From the NCBI GenBank assembly GCA_048213135.1, contig PS015018.1, positions 1-64,000 on the forward strand: DNA of 64,000 nucleotides, given 5' to 3'. This document shows, piece after piece, positions 39,701-49,603 of this stretch. Position 1 is the stretch's first letter; each line of letters begins with the position of its first letter. Made by a program: the position numbers and the translations under genes. Below the pieces are notes generated by a model. It worked only from the letters and a program-made list of their open reading frames with translations, was not told the DNA's origin and ran no database searches. The stretch is from Reclinomonas americana ATCC 50394. Its lineage: Eukaryota.

Positions 39701-42700
39701 NNNNNNNNNNNNNNNNNNNNNNNNNNNNNNNNNNNNNNNNNNNNNNNNNNNNNNNNNNNNNNNNNNNNNNNNNNNNNNNNNNNNNNNNNNNNNNNNNNNN
39801 NNNNNNNNNNNNNNNNNNNNNNNNTGGAGAACACCGAGGTCGTGGACAGGCCCCCGGCGTCAGTGACCGAGAGACGGACGGTGAGCGGTGACGCCAATCC
39901 GGCAGGGAGTCCAGTGGCTCCAACTTGCAGTTGGTTGCCAGCCACCGCAAAGTAGCTGTTGTGAGTGTCGGCGGCGCCGGCGACCAGCGAGAACGTGAAT
40001 GTGTCAGCCGTGTTGGCGTCAGTCGCGCCCAAATTCGCCACAGCAGTGCCGACTGCCAATCCAATGGACGGCACAAGGAGTGGATTCGTAAGCTGGGCAA
40101 ACGTGATGGCTGACGGCGCACGGTTGCCTGCACGAAGGAAAAAAAGAGAAGTATGTGTTAAATTAGTGCAGGATTGTTTGAAAGAAGAGACAGTGCGCGC
40201 TTCGAATTCGCAACTCTCGCTGATGACGATGGGTGTCGTGACGCTGGCTCCAGTGGCGTCAGTGGTTGTCACTGCAGCCGTGTTGGTTCCAGTGACGGCG
40301 CCGACGAGAGCTAGTTGATTTACATTCACAATCTGGAATTTGTTGTTGCTCTAAAAAAGCACAGGGAGNNNNNNNNNNNNNNNNNNNNNNNNNNNNNNNN
40401 NNNNNNNNNNNNNNNNNNNNNNNNNNNNNNNNNNNNNNNNNNNNNNNNNNNNNNNNNNNNNNNNNNNNNNNNNNNNNNNNNNNNNNNNNNNNNNNNNNNN
40501 NNNNNNNNNNNNNNNNNNNNNNNNNNNNNNNNNNNNNNNNNNNNNNNNNNNNNNNNNNNNNNNNNNNNNNNNNNNNNNNNNNNNNNNNNNNNNNNNNNNN
40601 NNNNNNNNNNNNNNNNNNNNNNNNNNNNNNNNNNNNNNNNNNNNNNNNNNNNNNNNNNNNNNNNNNNNNNNNNNNNNNNNNNNNNNNNNNNNNNNNNNNN
40701 NNNNNNNNNNNNNNNNNNNNNNNNNNNNNNNNNNNNNNNNNNNNNNNNNNNNNNNNNNNNNNNNNNNNNNNNNNNNNNNNNNNNNNNNNNNNNNNNNNNN
40801 NNNNNNNNNNNNNNNNNNNNNNNNNNNNNNNNNNNNNNNNNNNNNNNNNNNNNNNNNNNNNNNNNNNNNNNNNNNNNNNNNNNNNNNNNNNNNNNNNNNN
40901 NNNNNNNNNNNNNNNNNNNNNNNNNNNNNNNNNNNNNNNNNNNNNNNNNNNNNNNNNNNNNNNNNNNNNNNNNNNNNNNNNNTCAAGCGAGCATCATGGA
41001 AGGGATTATTCGCTCACACTCTCTTCTTTTGCCTGCTTGCAGTGAACAACGCACCGGTGGATCTGCGAGTTTCCGCCTCCACATTCCCGTACGGCTGCAC
41101 ACCCGGAACGCAGCTGGCGGTACTTACGCCGGTGGATGACACAAATCCACCGTACGCCTTCTCGATTGTGAACCAGTTCCCCGCGGCTTCGGTGGCCATT
41201 GCAGGTTTGTCATCTACCCGCCTCTGCATTGCCCCTCTGCCAGCACTCTATTGACTCGAGTCCATGTTCATGCAGGCAATGCCATTCAGTCGGCCGCGAT
41301 GTTCCTTACTGGCACCGTCACACTTGTCGTGCGAGTGACGGACACCAGCAACCCCACTCTCTTCTTCGACAAGAACGTCGTGCTCACTGAGGGTACGCCC
41401 CCTCTCTGTCTGTGCCAATGGCAGCGATTAACTGATTGACTGACAATCACTGATGCACAGGCCCCGTGACACCGTCTACCCTGACTCTGACTTTGGGTTC
41501 GGCGACGTTGGCGCTGCCGGCTGCAGGTGCGTCACGGCTGCACGGTGCATCGGTGTGGCTCCGAGATCATCTGCTGACCATTGTAATCATGCAGCTGCCA
41601 CTGTTGTTGGTGCACTGTCGGCGAGTCCTGCCAACACCGGCGACAGCTTCACGTACACACTTGTGGCTGGACCGGGTTCTACAGACAATGCTCGGTTCGA
41701 GATCAGCATGCAGTCACTGGCGGTTAACTCGATGGCCGCACTGTCGCCACCGCAGGCGCGCGTACTGCGAGTGCGGATCCGCGCCACAGCTAACGCGTCT
41801 GGGCTGTACACCGAAGAGAGCTTCGCCATTCAAGGTACTCCAGCATTGTGACGCCAGCGTTTGTGTCGCGCATGAGTGGCTGTGACTGACAAGTCTTCGT
41901 CACTCGCAGTAAACGCGGCTCCGACGGCCGTAACAATCTCCACCAACACCTACCTGCCTGGCTCGCCGGCGGGAACAGTTGTGGGTGTGCTCTCTGCGAC
42001 CGACGCCGACACCATGGACTCGTGGACGTTCTCGTTGCCCGCTGGCCAGTTTGTTCGTACACCGCGTCGTGTCATGCTGATGTCTGTTGGCCTCTTCAGC
42101 TCACGNNNNNNNNNNNNNNNNNNNNNNNNNNNNNNNNNNNNNNNNNNNNNNNNNNNNNNNNNNNNNNNNNNNNNNNNNNNNNNNNNNNNNNNNNNNNNNN
42201 NNNNNNNNNNNNNNNNNNNNNNNNNNNNNNNNNNNNNNNNNNNNNNNNNNNNNNNNNNNNNNNNNNNNNNNNNNNNNNNNNNNNNNNNNNNNNNNNNNNN
42301 NNNNNNNNNNNNNNNNNNNNNNNNNNNNNNNNNNNNNNNNNNNNNNNNNNNNNNNNNNNNNNNNNNNNNNNNNNNNNNNNNNNNNNNNNNNNNNNNNNNN
42401 NNNNNNNNNNNNNNNNNNNNNNNNNNNNNNNNNNNNNNNNNNNNNNNNNNNNNNNNNNNNNNNNNNNNNNNNNNNNNNNNNNNNNNNNNNNNNNNNNNNN
42501 NNNNNNNNNNNNNNNNNNNNNNNNNNNNNNNNNNNNNNNNNNNNNNNNNNNNNNNNNNNNNNNNNNNNNNNNNNNNNNNNNNNNNNNNNNNNNNNNNNNN
42601 NNNNNNNNNNNNNNNNNNNNNNNNNNNNNNNNNNNNNNNNNNNNNNNNNNNNNNNNNNNNNNNNNNNNNNNNNNNNNNNNNNNNNNNNNNNNNNNNNNNN

Positions 42701-45098
42701 NNNNNNNNNNNNNNNNNNNNNNNNNNNNNNNNNNNNNNNNNNNNNNNNNNNNNNNNNNNNNNNNNNNNNNNNNNNNNNNNNNNNNNNNNNNNNNNNNNNN
42801 NNNNNNNNNNNNNNNNNNNNNNNNNNNNNNNNNNNNNNNNNNNNNNNNNNNNNNNNNNNNNNNNNNNNNNNNNNNNNNNNNNNNNNNNNNNNNNNNNNNN
42901 NNNNNNNNNNNNNNNNNNNNNNNNNNNNNNNNNNNNNNNNNNNNNNNNNNNNNNNATGTGTGCATGCGAGTGAGAAATTCACAAACGACATTGGCTGCGG
43001 ACACAATACAATACACGCAACCATACAGAGTAAAGTTGGCCTCGGTGTAGAGGTCGGACGACACAGACGCGCGTACACGAATGTACATGACAAATGGCAG
43101 CGGAGCGTCGAGGTTGGGCATGGAAGCCACCGCAATGACGCCAGTGGCTGGGTCGGCAATCTTGAAGTAGCTGTTGTGGGTATCGAGAGTGCCTGCTTGC
43201 AAAGTGTACGAGACAGCGCGGCCGAGATTCAAGCGTGTGCTCGACAGCGTGCCCACAGAAGCATCGGTGGCGGCCGGCAGGAGAATCACCGGACTCGGTG
43301 GAGTCAGTTTGACCTCCAGCGGGGGATACAGCACTGTACCGCAAGCAGTGAGTAACAGACTCCACAGAATTGGTGTCGAAGGCGAGCAAAGTGACGCACC
43401 CTCATCCACAGTGAACTGCGTCGACAGAGTGAGCTGCGGACGACCAGCGTCGACCACCTGGATTGTAAGTGTGACGGGCCCCACTGGCGGCGCCGAGCCA
43501 ATCACCAGCTGCGAGGCGCCATTGATGCTGAACGCGTTTGGCAGACTCTGCGCCGTGATGCTGAACGTGTAGGCGGCCGTGGTGTCGTCGGTGACGCGAA
43601 TGGAGGCGACCACTGTGTTGGCCACACTCTGCGGCGGATACTGCAGCGTGCTCAGGTCGATGCGGGTCGGGGCATTGTCGACTGCGTGAGTGCACGCACG
43701 CAAATCGTGAGTTGTGAGACGCAAACGGTCGGCAAGTCGACGGTCACGCAACTGGCAAACACAAATGTGCGATCGACAAACTGTGCAAAATAAAAAAATG
43801 CGGAGAGGAGAGTGTGAGGGGGCTGGGAAGTTTGAGTGTGACAGGGAGTTGAGCGGAAGGGAGGGATTACCAGTCCAGCAGAATCCGTCACACGCGCACG
43901 CACGCTGAACTCGGAAAAGTAGGTGCCAACAGGAATGTCGGCGGCACCGACCTGGAGCTGGTTGCCGACAATGGCAAACAAGGCGGTGTGCGCAGCGTCC
44001 GTCATGCCCATGGTCACCAGCGAGAAAGTGAGGGTGTCAGTGGGGTTTGGATCGGTGGCGGCAAACGTGCCCACGGCGGTGTTTGCCAGAAGACCGCCTG
44101 TGCGAATGAGCAGCGGCGTCGCAGCAGGCGAAAAAGTGAACGTGTCCGGCGCCATCTGCTTCTCCGACAGCACAATCGACGAGGTGGTTGAGGCACCGGC
44201 CGAATCGGTCACAGTGATCTGCAACGACCTGACGCCCTGCAGACTCATGGCGTTCACACGCAGCTCATTCCCGTTGGCCACCGTGAACGAGTCATTGTCG
44301 GCAACCATCGGCGCCAGCGAAAACGAAAAGCGATCGTTGGGATCCGTGTCGACAGCACGCAGACTGCCGACCAAATCACCGACCGCGGAATTCGGCACGT
44401 ACGTGGCGGTCGACAAGACCACCCCGGTTGGTGCCTGATTCAGCACCACCTCGTACCGCTCCTCCGTGAACTCGGCCAGCGTATTGGTCACACGGACACG
44501 AAAGCGCAATGGAGACGGCGTGCCCGCCACCAAGTCCACAGCCAGCTAGTAAAAATGCACACGCATGAGATTGGCACGACAAAGAAGAGGAAGAGGACGC
44601 CATGGATGCATACCGTGACCGTGGCCACACCGAAAGCATCGGTCGCGGCGGTGATCGTCAGCTTGGCATTGTCGGTGCTGCCGAGGCCGGCAACCAGAGT
44701 CAATGTCAACGCAGTGGGTGGATCCACTGGATCCGTGGGTGCCAGCGATGCCACGATCACTGGCTGCTCGACAATCATCAGAATCGGAGAAATGGCAAGA
44801 CGACGATCACAACACAACGCAACTGTGGTCATAATGTCCGTCGGCAGTGAGATCACGCCGGCGGTGAAGGCAGATGCGTTAGGCGCTACACGAACACACG
44901 CAGTGAGCATCGAAATCCCCTATTCCTATTGCGTGACGATCAGACGCAACGAGCCGCCGCGACGCTCACGATCAGTGTGGTGAACAGCAGCAGGAGCAAG
45001 CTTATTGCTGCTGTTGTTACTGTTGTTGTTGTGATCATTGATCTCCTCCTCGCTGGAAACGACATGCGTCGTCGCAGTGCGTTTGATGACATGCTCAT
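24795..45098 (-). CDS. giant single-pass adhesion receptor: signal peptide, ~30 cadherin-like repeats, ~3 FN3-like domains, Ser/Thr-rich stalk, TM helix, Pro-rich cytoplasmic tail; contig 40983-42105 is inverted in the assembly
   Basis: Repeats of the form VNxAPTxxTLS...GTVVGxLxATDxD/N...TFxYxLxxGxxDNxxFxIxGNxLxV...VRVRVTDxxG. FN3-like VTLSW...Y...GLLPNTPY and YEARVRAANSVGES. TM WWLWYLVIPFAGIIFIVLVVLLVWWL followed by RYRRR (about 26850-26945). Phase-1 introns lie at most repeat borders. The exact stop is tentative. Confidence 0.8.
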
Positions 45099-45771
45099 TT
45101 TTGTCAGCGACTCCCCGTCCGATGCTCTCCCTCTCTGATTGTGAGATTGCTTGTCGTCGTCGTCGTTGTGTCTGAGGGACGCGCTGATCTCTCTTTCTCG
45201 CTCACTTTCTGTGACACACACACGCAACACAAAAACCGTGGCCACTAAAGAAAGGAAAGAGGGCGGAGAGCGAGTGTTGCTCGTCGCGAATGTATTGGTA
45301 CGGGTATTCGGACACATTGCTCGGCGGGACTCGGGACGATGAGGATTTTTGTGGGCGAGAGGGAGCGAGGCAGCGGCTGGCAGTCAGAGGGGAATGCGAC
45401 GAGGAATGGGAAGTGATGAGCGGGGTGGAGAAGTGCGTTGGCGCACTGTCAGCCATTCCACTGCAAGAAAAATGACAGATTTCGTTGCTTGCACCCCGCA
45501 GAGTGCTCCATAGATCTCCTCAGCGCAGCCACGGTGTAACGCAGAATGTGGTCAGTGATACACTCACTCGCGACACCTGTGCGGGGACTTGCCACTTGCA
45601 CGCGACGTCGACTTCGAGAATATTCACAACACACGAAGGAAGTGCGTGGTTTTGCAATCGCGATCGCGCGCAGGTGGTCGTGGACGTGAATCGCCCTCCC
45701 CACACTACCGCATGAGGGGGAAGGTGTTTGCCAAGCTGCGAGTGTCCTGCTGCTCATTTCCGAACGCTCGC

Positions 45772-47942
45772 ATGAGAGCGCCACTGCAGCTCTTGCTGCT
45801 CCTCCTTCTCCTCCTCTCGCCTCTCTTGTTCCTACATAGCTGCAGCACCTACTCTGCCGCAAATGCTCTCGCACACAACAGTGAGCTGTGCGCGGCAGAC
45901 AAGTGGGAGGGCGTGAGCACGTCGGCCTCTGGCGTGATGATGCGAGTGCCGGGTGAACCAGCACCTGTGCCTCTCTACTTTGGCGACAAGACACCGTGCA
46001 ATGCAGGTGGGTCTCTCTCACGCACACACGCACACACACATGCATTCTCACTCAATTTCGTTCATCAGCTGTGGCGTTTGCCGCCGATCGCAAGCTGAAC
46101 GCCACCGAGGTAGCAGACATGGTTCTCGTGGCGCTTCTCGACCACAACAAACAGGCAAGCGATCTTTCCTCTCTCTCTCTTCCTCTTCTCCCTCCTCCTC
46201 TCTCATGCATCTGTCAACCGCAGGTGTTGAATCAGTGTCTGTGGGAACACGCTCGCCCTCCACCACCACTGTCGGCGACCACATCACTCAGCGCCGGAGC
46301 CGGTCACTGCGAGCGAGAGAGTGCGTCGTCCACCAGAGGCGACAGTGACAGTGCGGCTTGTGCGCCGGTGGACGCGCGGAGTGGGTGGATGAGCATGGTT
46401 CGGCAGGCGGGAGTCTCCGAGATCGTCGCCCGCGCTCCGGAGCTGCGAGCGGCGTGGCAAGCGCTGACCATGCAGAGGCATGTGCTGCGTTGGCGCGACT
46501 CGATCTCCGACTGGGTGCTCGAGCATCCGCAGTGCCTGGGCATTCAGGCGGTGGCCAGCGAGAATGGCGACAACCCGCTGAAGACGCTGCACAACAAGTT
46601 GGAGAGGGTGTGGCGGCGGTTGCATGAGGACACCACACTTGGTGTGAGTGCAGAGGAGCGACAGGCCTTTGGCGTGCCATTAATCGTCGATGTCGGTGAG
46701 TGGTGTGTTGTGTGTTATGCCGGCACTTCGATGCCTACTTTCTCGCGCAGGTGCGGGCGAGTACCGCGGGTCGCCGTGGAATCACGACTTGTCGGATGCC
46801 CTGTTCTTTGCGAATTCGTTTGCGGCGCACAACCCAAGAGTGCTGGCGTTTGAGCCGAGTCACACAGCGTTTATCAATCTCCAGCGACAGGCTCGTCTGT
46901 TGCCGACCGGCCGCTTGTTGCCGCTCAAAGTCGCTCTCGGCAACGAAACGTACCACGCGCAGCCGCTATATGCCATGGTTCACTATGTTCTTGTCAACGC
47001 GTGTTGCGATCGTTTCTTCCCCTTCTCATCCTGTCCCTTCTGTCGCAGCGCCGAGGCAGTGCAGGTCGTCTGTACAGGTGTGATTACCTCTTGATATGTT
47101 ACTCACCCTTTACGTCGGCTCACACATGTGCGGTGTGCGGGTGCAGTTTGCGCAAGCCCACGGAATTGGAGTGGCAAGTGGGCGCCGATCCCATGCCAGT
47201 CGACTACGTGCCAGTAACAACCCTCGATCACGTCATTACCGCAGACCCACGCGTGCTGCCGCTCCTCGGTGGCGATGCACACAAGATTTTCTACGTTAAG
47301 GTCTGCTGCACGTGCATGCGTCACTCCCAGTGCTTTTGCTGAGCCGCTCTGTTCTGTTACGCTCGTCACACAGATTGACACGGAAGGATGGGATGCGCAC
47401 GTGGTCGAGGGCATGGAGTCGCTGATGGCCAGTGGCCGCGTCGACATGTTCTCGTTCGAGTACGGTATTTTCTGGAACGAAGGTGAGTTAAGGGATGGAT
47501 GGATGGTATCCACGTGGTGGTGTCGCCTGACCCGGTCAGTGGCGACTTGCAGTGTTCTCTGTGCTCTCCGCGCACGTGCCCAACTACCAGCCTCCCAAGG
47601 CCGTCGGTGCATTCCCGCAACCGACATTACGCTCATTCGTCAGGTGGCTCGATGAGCGCGGTTTCGACACTCATCTGGTGGCCTCCGGATTGTGTGTACC
47701 ACTGACTGGCATGTGGTGGCAGGCGAGTGATGAATGTGTGATGGCAGCAGTGCGCACAGCGAGCTGACGTCGTGCCACAGGATCAATACGAGATTTGCAG
47801 TGTGGCTCCAATTACAGGCAAGCGCTTTGATCAACACTGGTGCGTGATGGATATGCTGGCCCTGCGACGTGGGAGCGCACTGTGGAGGCCCGTGCTCGAT
47901 GAGTGCAACTACGGGCGACTACAATGGCACGTCGATATGTAA
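45772..47942 (+). CDS. FkbM-family methyltransferase with signal peptide, copy 3 (diverged)
   Basis: [66 protein letters not shown]; ends LDECNYGRLQWHVDM*. Intron positions in the catalytic region match copies 1 and 2. Confidence 0.82.
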
Positions 47943-48250
47943 TCATGAGAATGTGGCTAACTTTTTGCTTACATTTTACACGCCGGGAAGAGAGAGGCGG
48001 GGAGATTAAGTAACGAGAGAGAAGCGGGGCGACGATTGGAGAAATGGCCGGCATTGCCGGCTCGCATAGCAGGGGTATTACACGAGGGAGGGAGGGAGAG
48101 AGAGAGAAACACACATATCGGTAGATTGATTGGATAGAGAGGATGCCGGTTGGGAACACTCACTCGCAGAACCACCGCAATCAGGGGAGATGACACATTA
48201 ACGGTGTCTCCGACGCTCGCAAATATCTGGTACGCGCGCGTAGGCGTAAA

Positions 48251-49603
48251 TCACCGCATCTCGTGGTGAAGGCGGCGGAAGAATACCAAATCCATCAGTG
48301 CCAGCACCGAGGTGTCGTGCGCGTCGCGCACAGACGTACCCGGCTGCGGCGACGCACCCAACGGCGGCAGCAGCATCGGCGACTGTGGAAGTTGACGAAC
48401 GTGCTGTGACTGTGCTTGTTGCAGTAGCAGTAGTTGCTGCTGCTGCTGCTGTTGTTGTTGTTGTTGTTGTAGTTGCTGACTCGCCAAGCGTGTGGCCACC
48501 GGAGAAGAGAGCAGCAGCGTTGAATCCGCGGCTGTCGCCGACGGCATCGGTAGTGAGGCGAGCATCGGCGGCACCGACGGTCTGGTGGTGACTGATGAAA
48601 CAGCCGGTACTACGACACGCTGCATTGTGGGTGACAAGCCGGTGGGTACTGTGGTCGTGGTGCTGGTGCTGCTGGCCATCATCATAGCCGGAGTCACCAT
48701 CGAAGCGCCACCGCTGCGACTCATGAATGCCGACGACGGCGACCGTGACGAGGAGCTGACCAGGCTGGCACGCCGCGCCTGGGATGGTGAGTCCTCGCCC
48801 TCGGGCCTGTCATCGTCGGACGCAGAGTCCGACGGTCCATACGGGTGATGCCGATCCGACGCAGCAACACCCGGCGACCGACGGCGACCGCCCATCACCG
48901 CCGCAGAATACGCCCGCCGTCCTCGCTTGCCTTTTGGCGGCGAGTCCTGGCCATAAGTCTGCGATAACAACAACAGCGCAATCAGTTGTCCGACCACAGT
49001 GCAGTGATGACGCTGGCTGGTTTCACACATACCGGTGAGTCGGGAGCGTCATCGACACCCGAGCCTGGTGTCTTGGCTTTCCGTCGTCGGTTCTCGAACC
49101 ATACCCTGCGACGCCCGCAATACTTTGCTGTGAGGCGCGCGGAAACAACTGTAACGAAAACAAACACACGCAACGTTACACTCGTCAGAGTGCGTCCGAA
49201 TGCCGCGGCAATCTCCTCCTTCTCGTGCCTTGTCGGGAACGAGTTGGTCTTGTACATGGTCTCCAGGATGTGCAGCTAGCAGCAGCAGCAGGCCCATCAG
49301 TCACAGTGACAAACACATACAGTCTCAGTCTCAAAAAATGAATCCGTGCACAAACCTGCTCTGGCGTGTACTTTTTGTACGAGCGCGACTTGTGCTGCTG
49401 CGAGCGCGCCTGTATGCTCTGCACAAGCGACGCCGCCGTGGCAGACAGAGCCGCTGCCGTGGACAACGTGGACGATGATGAGGGTGAGGCAGGCATGGTA
49501 CCAATGGTGATTGGGGGCGCCACAATGCGCATCAAGGACGGCGGCTGTTGATGAACAGGAAAGTCGGTGTTGCGATTGCCACTTGGCTGCTGGTCCATCA
49601 GCA
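48251..49603 (-). CDS. non-TALE homeodomain transcription factor with Ser/Gln-rich tail
   Basis: Spliced homeodomain KSRSYKKYTPEQLHILETMYKTNSFPTRHEKEEIAAAFGRTLTSVTVWFENRRRKAK has standard spacing (L16, Y20, W48, F49, N51, R53). Poly-Q tract near 48435-48478. Start and stop are approximate. Confidence 0.85.
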
